From sequence record PQ341120.1: 64,000 nt of DNA; one strand, given 5' to 3'. Shown piece after piece: positions 9,676 to 17,967 of this stretch (its first letter is position 1; the number at the start of each line of letters is the position of its first letter). The notes under the pieces were generated by a model. It searched no databases, had not been told where the DNA came from, and was given only the letters and a program-made list of their open reading frames with translations. This stretch comes from Escherichia phage EAWsc9. The position numbers and the translations under genes are program-made.

Positions 9676-10145
9676 TTTAAACTCTTTCTAAGCTGCTTCT
9701 TAAATGAAGCCATTAATTGTGTTTTGGTGTCAGATTCATTATAAGTCATACCATTCAAAAGCATTTCCCGAATCATTTCTTCTTTCCCCAGACGACCGAA
9801 CTCTTTGGCTTTGTCTGTTACAAAATTGGGGTGAATATTGTTTTCGGTATAATCAGATTTCAGATAGACAAGCAAACTCTCTAACCATTCCAGGTAGTCA
9901 ACATCGCGACTTTTCAGACCCGAACGGCTGAACTTATGCTTCATTTGTCCTTCTGTCCCATTGCACAGATTGCATAGTAACCCGCGAACCTTACCAGCTT
10001 TTGGCCCGTTCAATTCGTGGTCATGGTCAAGATGGTTGGCCTGAACATCGGAGTCCAAATCACGGTGGCAAATTGGACACTTACCAGCTTGTGCATCATA
10101 AAGTTTTTGTTTTTCTTCTTTGTATAATTTGCCAGTCAACAACAT
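9672..10145 (-). CDS. 49: gp49 endonuclease VII (Holliday-junction resolvase)
   Basis: 157 aa; MLLTGKLYKEEKQK...HLDHDHELNGPKAGKVRGLLCNLCN matches T4 endo VII from memory, same length. Confidence 0.9.
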   Translation of the reverse strand: MLLTGKLYKEEKQKLYDAQAGKCPICHRDLDSDVQANHLDHDHELNGPKAGKVRGLLCNLCNGTEGQMKHKFSRSGLKSRDVDYLEWLESLLVYLKSDYTENNIHPNFVTDKAKEFGRLGKEEMIREMLLNGMTYNESDTKTQLMASFKKQLRKSLK

Positions 10146-10183
10146 AATAAACCCTTACCATTATTAGATAAGGGTATTTATTA
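10146..10183 (-). promoter_or_regulatory. 5' leader hairpin covering the gene 49 ribosome-binding site, with a late-promoter-like AATAAATA box
   Basis: inverted repeat accctta(10151-10157)/taagggt(10169-10175) on the plus strand; on the mRNA the AAGGG Shine-Dalgarno lies in the 3' arm; AATAAATACCC overlaps the 5' arm. Confidence 0.45.
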
Positions 10184-10356
10184 AATCTTATAAAACGCGC
10201 GGTGTAACCGTTTAAATTGACGAATCATCTTTTTAGTAGGACGAGTATACAATCCCACACAGGTGGCCATAAACTGGTCGGTAGGACTTCCTTTAATAAG
10301 AAGTTTCCAGACCTTGTCACCATTTAACTTTTCAGTATAGACTAATGCAGTTTTCA

Positions 10357-10629
10357 TTAAACAATCCTAAAACAAGGATAATGACATTCAACGTTACCAT
10401 TATCAATTATCATATACTCAGTGATACAGGTCCATGACCCTTCAATTTCTATGGTATCAAAAAGGTATTCATCTGTTTCAACAACGTCCCAAACATTACA
10501 TTCAACATCAGGGTCAAAACGTTGTCTTAACGCATGGATAACATCACCATTTTTAAATCCTGCGTCTTGAAGCTCTTTCATAAAACCTGATTGAGCAGCC
10601 GCATGAATATTAACAATTTCTAAAAACAT
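10357..10629 (-). CDS. hypothetical protein
   Basis: 90-aa minus ORF. Confidence 0.35.
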   Translation of the reverse strand: MFLEIVNIHAAAQSGFMKELQDAGFKNGDVIHALRQRFDPDVECNVWDVVETDEYLFDTIEIEGSWTCITEYMIIDNGNVECHYPCFRIV

Positions 10630-10802
10630 TAAAAGGCCTCATCAGCAAAGCGAAGTTGAGCTTCAAGCCAATGGATATAATCCGCCGCGGCAAAAATTAA
10701 AGCAGATTCTTCATCAGGTAACTTACGGGAATCCGACAGTTCATAAAGTGATTTTTCAATCAGGCGGCCTTTATGACGGCCAATTTCAATTTTGGTACTC
10801 AT
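10629..10802 (-). CDS. hypothetical small protein (below ORF-track cutoff)
   Basis: hand-translated 57-aa ORF MSTKIEIGRHKGRLIEK...; RBS TGGAG; TAATG overlap with downstream ORF; early promoter at 10843-10872. Confidence 0.3.
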   Translation of the reverse strand: MSTKIEIGRHKGRLIEKSLYELSDSRKLPDEESALIFAAADYIHWLEAQLRFADEAF

Positions 10803-10842
10803 ATCCAAACTCCATATCGATTAAATCATTGTTTGAAGGTTC

Positions 10843-10872
10843 ATTATAATCTATTTCGGAATCGTTGTAAAC
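10843..10872 (-). promoter_or_regulatory. early sigma70-type promoter (-35 GTTTACA, 17 bp, -10 TATAAT)
   Basis: plus tgtaaac 10866-10872 and attata 10843-10848; exact consensus hexamers with 17-bp spacer. Confidence 0.55.
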
Positions 10873-10919
10873 AGGTTCCTCTGGCTCGACGGTTTCCCAT
10901 CGAGCGGTATACCATGGTT

Positions 10920-11240
10920 TTATAGCGTAATCCATTCTCTGATAGTTTGGGTTACGACACGTTCTTGGAGCTTAACCAGTTCAACAGTCGGGACCATATG
11001 GTCCCAGTCGGTATGATAAGAACCGGTACGAGTTTCGTTTACAGCCACATGCACATTATGTTTTTTGCTGAAATAAATTGCCTGGCGATATTGGTATTTG
11101 CCGGTTTGTGTCCATTCGCCTAATTCAACCGGAACCAGGTAGTCCGAAAATTCAAACTCGTATGATTCAGTAAACGCATCATGGTCTTCAATGATTTCGC
11201 TTAAAACAGCATCAACATCTAATTCATTTTCAATAGTCAT
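10920..11240 (-). CDS. hypothetical acidic protein
   Basis: 106-aa minus ORF. Confidence 0.35.
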   Translation of the reverse strand: MTIENELDVDAVLSEIIEDHDAFTESYEFEFSDYLVPVELGEWTQTGKYQYRQAIYFSKKHNVHVAVNETRTGSYHTDWDHMVPTVELVKLQERVVTQTIREWITL

Positions 11241-11545
11241 TGGTCACTCCAATAGCTTGATACTTCAAAATCAGGCTCGCCGTCGTCCCAGTACCAGGGA
11301 CCCACCGGATGCCAATCGCCATGCTTATCTTCTTCATATTCTATAGATTCAAGCCCAACGTATTGCCATTGGACTTCATAAGCAGTGCCGCCGATTACAA
11401 CAGTGTTCTCACCATACGGGTTAGCCACAGCAAAGTCAATACCTTCTTCCTTTGCCAGGGCGACCATGTATTCGTATAGTTTATATTCCAGGTCGTCTTC
11501 GTTGCCATCACCCAGATAAATTGTTTGTCCGTCTAATTCACTCAT
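11237..11545 (-). CDS. hypothetical acidic protein
   Basis: 102-aa minus ORF, W/Y- and D/E-rich. Confidence 0.35.
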   Translation of the reverse strand: MSELDGQTIYLGDGNEDDLEYKLYEYMVALAKEEGIDFAVANPYGENTVVIGGTAYEVQWQYVGLESIEYEEDKHGDWHPVGPWYWDDGEPDFEVSSYWSDQ

Positions 11546-11730
11546 AATTCCACCATAAATTCAAATAACTGGTCGCGTACACAAGTATCAGTCCAACCCC
11601 ATTCGTTGGCTTCTTCTTTTAACCAATCCGGGAGATTTGCCAATACGGTTTCTTTACTAGGCGCAGGAGTATCAAACTCTCTTGCAAACTCTCTTGCGCA
11701 GGTTTTATAGGCCATATCAAATTCGGTCAT
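11542..11730 (-). CDS. hypothetical protein
   Basis: 62-aa minus ORF. Confidence 0.3.
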   Translation of the reverse strand: MTEFDMAYKTCAREFAREFDTPAPSKETVLANLPDWLKEEANEWGWTDTCVRDQLFEFMVEL

Positions 11731-11890
11731 TTAAAGTTCCAGAATGAAGCACCAACCAGAAATAAAGGCCAACAAATCATAGACGTCAGCCACCAACAAA
11801 AGTCACCTGCACCGAAATCATCTAATTTAGCTAGGGTCTTAGCATAACCAATACCGATGATAAGATACAAAATACCCAACAATAATTCAA

Positions 11891-12154
11891 TCATTTAAAA
11901 TATTCTCGCAGTTCAGTGAATCCGCCAATATGACTTCCGTCAGGAGCAAATACTTGCGGCATGGTCAAACCAATTTGAGATTCGCGACCAAGTGCAGCCA
12001 GGAGTTGGGCAATCTTCTCATCATCAAACACACCTTTTTCTGGCATAACGTTGATGAACTCGTAAGGTTGTTTTTTAACATCCAAAAAACGTTTTGCATT
12101 ATCGCAGAATACACAGCGATGAATAGATGAATCATAACCATATACTTTAAACAT
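11891..12154 (-). CDS. nrdC: NrdC thioredoxin/glutaredoxin
   Basis: 87 aa; MFKVYGYD...CVFCDNAKR with CxxC active site; matches T4 NrdC from memory. Confidence 0.8.
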   Translation of the reverse strand: MFKVYGYDSSIHRCVFCDNAKRFLDVKKQPYEFINVMPEKGVFDDEKIAQLLAALGRESQIGLTMPQVFAPDGSHIGGFTELREYFK

Positions 12155-12155
12155 A

Positions 12156-12413
12156 TTATTCCTTAATTCCTAATACTTGTTTGAAGGTCTCAGTATAATC
12201 GGGGTATTGACCGGTTTGTTCTTTATGTTTGACCATAATACCATAAACTTCTGAACGCATATTATTATATGAACGAGTTAAAGCAGATTTCAATACTGAA
12301 TAACTATCCGGAAGTTTACCGTGTTCTTTATAATAGGCCAGAGTTAATTCACGGACCGCCTTATCAGCAGTCTCAAGATATTCTTTACGCTTTGCCATTT
12401 TCGTCTCGCTCAA
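12156..12413 (-). CDS. hypothetical protein
   Basis: 85-aa minus ORF. Confidence 0.35.
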   Translation of the reverse strand: MSETKMAKRKEYLETADKAVRELTLAYYKEHGKLPDSYSVLKSALTRSYNNMRSEVYGIMVKHKEQTGQYPDYTETFKQVLGIKE

Positions 12414-12729
12414 ATTTGTGTTTACAATGTCTGCATTTGTAACGAAGAGTACTAGTCTGCCAATGGACTAACTGGACCTGTTCAGTTCCGCATTCTGGAC
12501 AGTTTGGAACACGTTTAGAAGCACGTTCACGCCGACGAACCATAGCCATTACCATATCCCAATCAGGAACCTGACTATAATCATCACAGCCATGAATCTT
12601 TCCTAACTGCACAAGGTCAGCACCCTCAGCGTTTTCAATAAATTTTAAAAGACCTTTATTAACCCCCGCAGCGGGGGTCCATTCTGGAAATGCAGTTTCT
12701 GCAATATCTTCAGCTAAACGTTGTTTCAT
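12385..12729 (-). CDS. hypothetical protein with C-terminal zinc ribbon
   Basis: 114 aa; CPECG...CRHCKHKF four-Cys arrangement. Confidence 0.4.
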   Translation of the reverse strand: MKQRLAEDIAETAFPEWTPAAGVNKGLLKFIENAEGADLVQLGKIHGCDDYSQVPDWDMVMAMVRRRERASKRVPNCPECGTEQVQLVHWQTSTLRYKCRHCKHKFERDENGKA

Positions 12730-13715
12730 TTCAGCAGCTCCAGAGCCTGTTCCAGTTTATCCAGACGATTAGTTGATTCTTCCCAAAGTCGCTTGGCTTT
12801 GGTATAGTCTTCAGTTGCCTTTTTATTAACAGCAAGAGCTTTATTATACGCCATTTCCAGAGCAACAATTTCAGGCGCTTTTTGTTCCACTGGCTCATTA
12901 TTCAGATTATCAATCAGGTCTTCAAGGGTGGTTTCTTGCGGAGCATTCATAATTTCCTCACTTTTCTTTTTATAAATTTCTGCATCAGTTGGTTGTTTTG
13001 CGCATTTAACTTCGCGTAATGTCACCACAATTTTCCAACCTTTCCAACCATGAGTACTGGTGATAGGGTCTACTTTAATTTTTTCAACAGTACGCATATA
13101 ATTAAGGGCACACTGCATCTGTGAAGTAAGCGTACTCGCAGCATCAAAATACTTTTTGACATTTTCTGGAGTAGCCACTGGCGTAAAGAATCCATACTTA
13201 GCTGTAATAATTACCTGGTTTTCACCAGACTCTTTAACCTTGACCATGTGCTCAGCCAAATGGGAGATAGTGCGATAATCGCCACCCATCAGCTTTGTTG
13301 CTGATTTGATGATAGACATTTTGTTATCTCTGAATTCACGAGCCCAGCAATTTGCGAATTCAGAAACAGTATAGCCTTGATTATCAAGGTAGTATTTTTC
13401 AACATCACCAAACCAATGATATCCAATTGTACCTTTACCACGTCTGGATTCAACACCAAACTTATTAAGAAGGTCTTTATTAACTAGGTATGCCAGGACT
13501 CGGGAACCTTTAAAAGTTTTCTTGATATCATCTTTACCGGCACGACTCGCAATAGTCGCAATGTCTTTCTTGAAGCGACCGGATGCAACAATCGTCGAGT
13601 CAATCTGATTTAACCAGTAATTGATAATTAAAAGGATAGCCGATTCACCTATTAATGGTTTTACTTTTGCATCGATAGTGGTGTTAAAGGCCTGGATATA
13701 TTCGTTACGCGTCAT
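12726..13715 (-). CDS. hypothetical protein with C-terminal coiled coil
   Basis: 329 aa; no catalytic motif recognised; leucine-rich heptads at C-terminus. Confidence 0.45.
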   Translation of the reverse strand: MTRNEYIQAFNTTIDAKVKPLIGESAILLIINYWLNQIDSTIVASGRFKKDIATIASRAGKDDIKKTFKGSRVLAYLVNKDLLNKFGVESRRGKGTIGYHWFGDVEKYYLDNQGYTVSEFANCWAREFRDNKMSIIKSATKLMGGDYRTISHLAEHMVKVKESGENQVIITAKYGFFTPVATPENVKKYFDAASTLTSQMQCALNYMRTVEKIKVDPITSTHGWKGWKIVVTLREVKCAKQPTDAEIYKKKSEEIMNAPQETTLEDLIDNLNNEPVEQKAPEIVALEMAYNKALAVNKKATEDYTKAKRLWEESTNRLDKLEQALELLK

Positions 13716-13773
13716 AGTGTTCTCCTCATAAAGTAGGAATTCATTATACTCCCTCCATCCTTGGAAGTAAACA

Positions 13774-14685
13774 TTATTTTAATGCTAAAATCGCCGCCTG
13801 CAATTTATTGCGTTGTTTTTCCATGTTCTTGATGCGATTCAGAACATCCTGGATACCCTTTTTCTCATCTTCAATCAGACCGTTTAAGCGGTTGACTGAT
13901 TCCTGGATAGCATCAGCATGATAGCTCTCAATAGGCTTCATTGGTGGGTTAAAGATTTCAAGAGAGCTGTTTGGCTGGATTTTCCATTGATACATATTTT
14001 TAACTTCCAGTGGTGAAATTTTAGCCTGGTCGTAAGATTTAAACTGACCTGTAACTGCTGGGTTATATGCTGCAGTAGGGGTTTCCATTTCTGGTTCCTT
14101 TTTCTCTTGATAAGGAGCATAAGACAAAAGATATTCTTTAGTTAATTTAATATCAATGACTATAGTTTTAAGGAATTTTTCTGTTTGATGGATATAATTT
14201 GTATCTTCTTCAAACGTGTATGCTTCAACGGCATGACGCATATAAAACAGAGCAATACCCATAACCTCTTTAAAGGTATCACAAAGAGCAACATCACCCT
14301 TAGTAGTTGGCTTGAACTTAATCTGCACGCCATCGTTCTTGATATTAATAATCAAGTTATCGGAGTTAAAATTATAGTTCTTGATGTTAACCGGAGCCTT
14401 GCGAATACGAAGCCCTGCAGCCAGGATTTCCTTAATGCTCTTACGAACTGTGGCACCAAACAAAAACGCAGGGCGGCGGCAGTAATCATTCAGAGAGTTA
14501 ATTCTTACAATACGTTGTCCATACCCCTGGGTGGCAGAACCTGATTTGATTTTACCAAAGTTAACCAGAGAATTCATCGCGATAAGACGGGTTGCACGAC
14601 CTTCACGCTGTTCAAATCGAGAATATTCTTTACGTGTTTTAATTTTCATATCATAATCCAAATAATTTTTCATAGAGTTTAGCAA
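13774..14685 (-). CDS. hypothetical protein with C-terminal coiled coil
   Basis: 303 aa by ORF track; true start may be MKIKTRK at 14649; C-terminal heptad repeats. Confidence 0.45.
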   Translation of the reverse strand: MLNSMKNYLDYDMKIKTRKEYSRFEQREGRATRLIAMNSLVNFGKIKSGSATQGYGQRIVRINSLNDYCRRPAFLFGATVRKSIKEILAAGLRIRKAPVNIKNYNFNSDNLIINIKNDGVQIKFKPTTKGDVALCDTFKEVMGIALFYMRHAVEAYTFEEDTNYIHQTEKFLKTIVIDIKLTKEYLLSYAPYQEKKEPEMETPTAAYNPAVTGQFKSYDQAKISPLEVKNMYQWKIQPNSSLEIFNPPMKPIESYHADAIQESVNRLNGLIEDEKKGIQDVLNRIKNMEKQRNKLQAAILALK

Positions 14686-14866
14686 AAGGCCAGGTCACAC
14701 ACATTATAACAGCGACTACCCAGAATATAGGCCAGCAAAATGTTGTGAACGCCGCATCATACTCGTCCCCACTTTCGTAGGGACTATCAAACTTGTGGAG
14801 CAACAGGGTAGTAATAAAACCTATCACAAGATAACCAAAAATAATACTGATAATCAAAATGGTCAT
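14651..14866 (-). CDS. hypothetical small membrane protein
   Basis: track ORF 14651..14887; ATG at 14866 overlaps upstream stop (TAATATG) and has AAGGA RBS; two hydrophobic helices. Confidence 0.3.
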   Translation of the reverse strand: MTILIISIIFGYLVIGFITTLLLHKFDSPYESGDEYDAAFTTFCWPIFWVVAVIMCVTWPFAKLYEKLFGL

Positions 14867-14867
14867 A

Positions 14868-15713
14868 TTAATCCTTAAGCAATTCAATAACGTTCATCAG
14901 TTTCTGACGTTCGGCTTTCGCTGCATTGTTCAGTCCTGACAGACGGAAAATTTCATCATCTTGTTGCTGGATGGTGATGTTAAGCTCTTCAATCTGTTTA
15001 GTGAAAAGCTCAATTTGCTCTGAATATTTTTCATTGCTTCGCACTGGTACGGGTTCCATTTTAGGAGCTTGTTCTGAATGTTCTTCAGCCAGGTCTTTAA
15101 TTTTATAAAGTTTAATACGTTGACCTACTCCAGTTTCAGCATCACCAAAACTAAGAACGCCGTGTTGTTCTAATTCAGACAGGGCCAAGCGCAGATGGAA
15201 CTTCCAGTTGTCATATTGACAACCACTAAAAGTTGAAATGGTATACTCATTTTCATTTCCGGGGTGGTTAACAATATTAAAGATAATCCAATCACCTGAA
15301 CCGTTAGTCTTAAATGTCATTTGTTTATCAAGACCTTTTGCAAGACGAGCACCAAGGGCCAGTAGACGACGTTGATTAGTATTAAGGTCTTTAACAACTT
15401 CGCCAAATGACATCGCCGGGATTAAACGACCATAAAGGTCGTAGCCTTTGTTATAATTTTTAAGAATAATTTTGGCATTAGCACGAGACAACATACCTGT
15501 TTTACGAAGAGTTTTCATGACTCGGTCTTCTAAGGTAAACGAACCTTTAGTCTTGTCAAAGATTTTAGTGAAGTCATCTTTAACAGTACAAACATTGAAC
15601 TTGTCCCACATCATATATAGGACCTTTTCAACCACTTCTTTAGTGCTTGGAATACGACCGAATTTAACAACTTTTTTAACTTCAGAACGAATTTCATTAA
15701 TTGCTTGCGACAT
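14868..15713 (-). CDS. hypothetical protein with C-terminal coiled coil
   Basis: 281 aa; C-terminal heptad-like tail IEELNITIQQQDDEIFRL... Confidence 0.45.
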   Translation of the reverse strand: MSQAINEIRSEVKKVVKFGRIPSTKEVVEKVLYMMWDKFNVCTVKDDFTKIFDKTKGSFTLEDRVMKTLRKTGMLSRANAKIILKNYNKGYDLYGRLIPAMSFGEVVKDLNTNQRRLLALGARLAKGLDKQMTFKTNGSGDWIIFNIVNHPGNENEYTISTFSGCQYDNWKFHLRLALSELEQHGVLSFGDAETGVGQRIKLYKIKDLAEEHSEQAPKMEPVPVRSNEKYSEQIELFTKQIEELNITIQQQDDEIFRLSGLNNAAKAERQKLMNVIELLKD

Positions 15714-15776
15714 AATAATTTCCTCAATAGATTAATCAAAGGTCAGAACCATTATACCATCCTTGGTATAAAGCGT

Positions 15777-16301
15777 TTATGCGAGAACCGTCTTTAAACG
15801 CTCTTCAAACTTCTGAAGGAGTACCTGGCGCTCTGCTCTTTGTTTGGTATAGGTTTCAATACGCTCTGAAGTGAGATTGTATTGTTCATTAACTGATTCC
15901 CTCATGAATTCAGGAATCTCTTTACATGCTTTGATTTCATTGAACTTATCAAGCACCGCTTGTTGTTCAGCAATCAGACCATCATAATATTGGATATCTG
16001 ATTTGATGTTTTGTACATCAGATTCAGTAGGCATATTTTTCTTCGCTCTTGTCGCCTGATACTCTGCATTAGTCTCTCTTGACCAGAACAAAGAGCGATT
16101 TTTGTTGGTGTTTTTATACACATCAACAATACCTACTGAATCAACAGTCACAATCCAGTTCCAGGCGTTTTTATAAGTTTGACCACCTGATACTGTAATC
16201 TCACCCGCACAAGCAACATCATTAAAGAACTTGCTTTGTGCTTCTGATTTAAAATTACCATTATTGTAATTAATCAGATTAAAGATTGATTTGGCTTCCA
16301 T
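15777..16301 (-). CDS. hypothetical protein
   Basis: internal ATG at 16301 (MEAKSIFNL...) preceded by CTGGAGAATAAA RBS and early promoter cassette. Confidence 0.4.
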   Translation of the reverse strand: MEAKSIFNLINYNNGNFKSEAQSKFFNDVACAGEITVSGGQTYKNAWNWIVTVDSVGIVDVYKNTNKNRSLFWSRETNAEYQATRAKKNMPTESDVQNIKSDIQYYDGLIAEQQAVLDKFNEIKACKEIPEFMRESVNEQYNLTSERIETYTKQRAERQVLLQKFEERLKTVLA

Positions 16302-16337
16302 TTTATTCTCCAGTATTTGGTAACTCAGTATGGGAAC

Positions 16338-16367
16338 ATTATACGCCCATCCCCATACCATGTACAC
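16338..16367 (-). promoter_or_regulatory. early sigma70-type promoter (-35 GTGTACA, 17 bp, -10 TATAAT) with conserved leader
   Basis: plus attata 16338-16343, tgtacac 16361-16367; followed on mRNA by CCCATACTGAGTTACCAAATA...GGAGAATAAAATG. Confidence 0.5.
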
Positions 16368-16369
16368 AT

Positions 16370-16672
16370 TTAATTAAAAGTTCTTTCAGTATTTTCACCA
16401 CTGAACCAGACGCTCTTAACGGCTTGCTGGGCGCGATGTAGCTGCTCTGCCATATAAACACCAAGGGCCTCAGCCTTACGTGTCCTGTGGGCTTCTGCGG
16501 CGACTATTTGCAACTTATCCATCATGATAAGAGCTTTACATTTCTCCTTCAGAGCATATCGCTTCTTCTCTTCTGGAGTTTTGACCATTCCTCTTAACTT
16601 GTGCATTTTCAACTTAAAATGGTCAGCAGATTTCAGACATGCCTCAATCATGTCAAGTTCATACTTTTTCAT
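16370..16672 (-). CDS. hypothetical protein
   Basis: 100-aa minus ORF. Confidence 0.4.
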   Translation of the reverse strand: MKKYELDMIEACLKSADHFKLKMHKLRGMVKTPEEKKRYALKEKCKALIMMDKLQIVAAEAHRTRKAEALGVYMAEQLHRAQQAVKSVWFSGENTERTFN

Positions 16673-16678
16673 AATTCC

Positions 16679-16885
16679 TCACTTGCGACGACGTTTTGGT
16701 AATGGTTTAGGGAAGAACATTGCTTTACCTGCAGGGGTCAAAGTCACACGCAAAGCATTACCAATACCAAGGGATGCTTTAACCAGACCTTTGGCTTTTA
16801 ACTCACCAAATGCTTGACGTTGTTCAGGGTCACGAGTGTTAACCATCAGACCTTTTTCACCAGCAGCTTTGATTAATTCTAACAT
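16679..16885 (-). CDS. hypothetical basic protein
   Basis: 68 aa; ATG at 16885 behind GGAGAATAAA RBS and promoter cassette. Confidence 0.4.
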   Translation of the reverse strand: MLELIKAAGEKGLMVNTRDPEQRQAFGELKAKGLVKASLGIGNALRVTLTPAGKAMFFPKPLPKRRRK

Positions 16886-16926
16886 TTTATTCTCCGTTTG
16901 TTTATTTGGTAACTCAGTATGAAATC

Positions 16927-16956
16927 ATTATGCATCATGACCATCTGGTTGTACAC
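16927..16956 (-). promoter_or_regulatory. early sigma70-type promoter (-35 GTGTACA, 17 bp, -10 CATAAT) with conserved leader
   Basis: plus attatg 16927-16932, tgtacac 16950-16956. Confidence 0.45.
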
Positions 16957-17002
16957 ATATACTAAATAAAAATACTTAATAAAACCATAAAGGAGAAAGT
17001 TT

Positions 17003-17749
17003 ATGATTTTATCCGGAAGAACTGTTGATGAACTCAATGAAAAAGTCCAGGCTGCCTTGGCTAATAATTGGTATTTGTTTGGTTCTACTATGGTGTTGCC
17101 GAATACCCCTACAGATAGCAAAGAGCGTTTTTTCCAAACTATGTCCAGCTCGGAAACTCAGATACCGGGCCCGCCTGGGCCAAAAGGAGACCCGGGTGTA
17201 CCAGGACCAAAAGGAGACCCAGGCGGGGATGGAAAGTCTTCTTATCAGATATGGCTTGACTTGGGAAATACAGGAACTGTTGATGATTTTTTAACTGATA
17301 CAGCAGGAAAGAGGGAAAAATCCGAGGTGTTTTGGAGTGGTATAAACGTTCTATTAACTAATGGTACGACTTCAAACATAATTAGTGTTTTAAAGGGGAT
17401 TCCACCGACTGCAGGGACTCTATCTCCGTTTTTTAGAACCACTGATGATAAGTTGTGGCCATATAACCAAGACAGAAGCCTAATGTTTAAACTCAACCTT
17501 ATTGGTAATTTTGCAGGAGCCTCGCAAGCTCGAAGTATAACATTAAATTTCGTTGGAACCAACGGAAACACTTATATACAGAATCGTCCGGAAAATGCTA
17601 CAGATATTTTGTCTTTTACAACGTTCTTTAGCATTGATAAAGATGGGGCAATGGCAACCAATGGTACAGCTATAACTGTTATGCCAAATGGCGGCAACTT
17701 TACAATAACCTCTGCATTGTTAGTAGCCGAACAAACAGTGACTTCATAA
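17003..17749 (+). CDS. collagen-like repeat protein with tail-fibre-type motif and C-terminal globular domain
   Basis: 248 aa; AAAGGAG RBS 8 nt upstream of ATG; GPPGPKGDPGVPGPKGDPGGDG Gly-X-Y repeats followed by GKSSYQIWLDLGNTGTVDDFL; only convincing plus-strand gene in the early block. Confidence 0.6.
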   Translation: MILSGRTVDELNEKVQAALANNWYLFGSTMVLPNTPTDSKERFFQTMSSSETQIPGPPGPKGDPGVPGPKGDPGGDGKSSYQIWLDLGNTGTVDDFLTDTAGKREKSEVFWSGINVLLTNGTTSNIISVLKGIPPTAGTLSPFFRTTDDKLWPYNQDRSLMFKLNLIGNFAGASQARSITLNFVGTNGNTYIQNRPENATDILSFTTFFSIDKDGAMATNGTAITVMPNGGNFTITSALLVAEQTVTS

Positions 17750-17755
17750 ACAAAA

Positions 17756-17773
17756 AAGGGCCATCCGGCCCTT
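17756..17773 (-). terminator. intrinsic terminator for minus-strand transcripts
   Basis: AAGGGCC-GGAT-GGCCCTT stem-loop followed by TTTTTTG on the minus strand. Confidence 0.5.
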
Positions 17774-17967
17774 AGATTGCACTCCAAAAATTATGGAATC
17801 TTATAGTATTGATAGCCCAGTTAACAAACCCGCGAGTTTGTTTGGGAGTTGGTTTGCATATGTACTTATTGTTGATTCGTCTGCCAGTTTCCCGACAGAC
17901 TGCTTCGAGATACCAGCGCCGACCTTTATTAGGTCTTCCGTATGATAAGAAGACCTTCATTTCTTCA

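Noticed and set aside
17245-17787. Minus-strand ORFs 17245..17571 and 17572..17787 opposite the collagen-like gene
   Set aside because: Low-complexity, no start context; the plus-strand frame has a strong RBS, Gly-X-Y repeats and a recognisable fibre motif.
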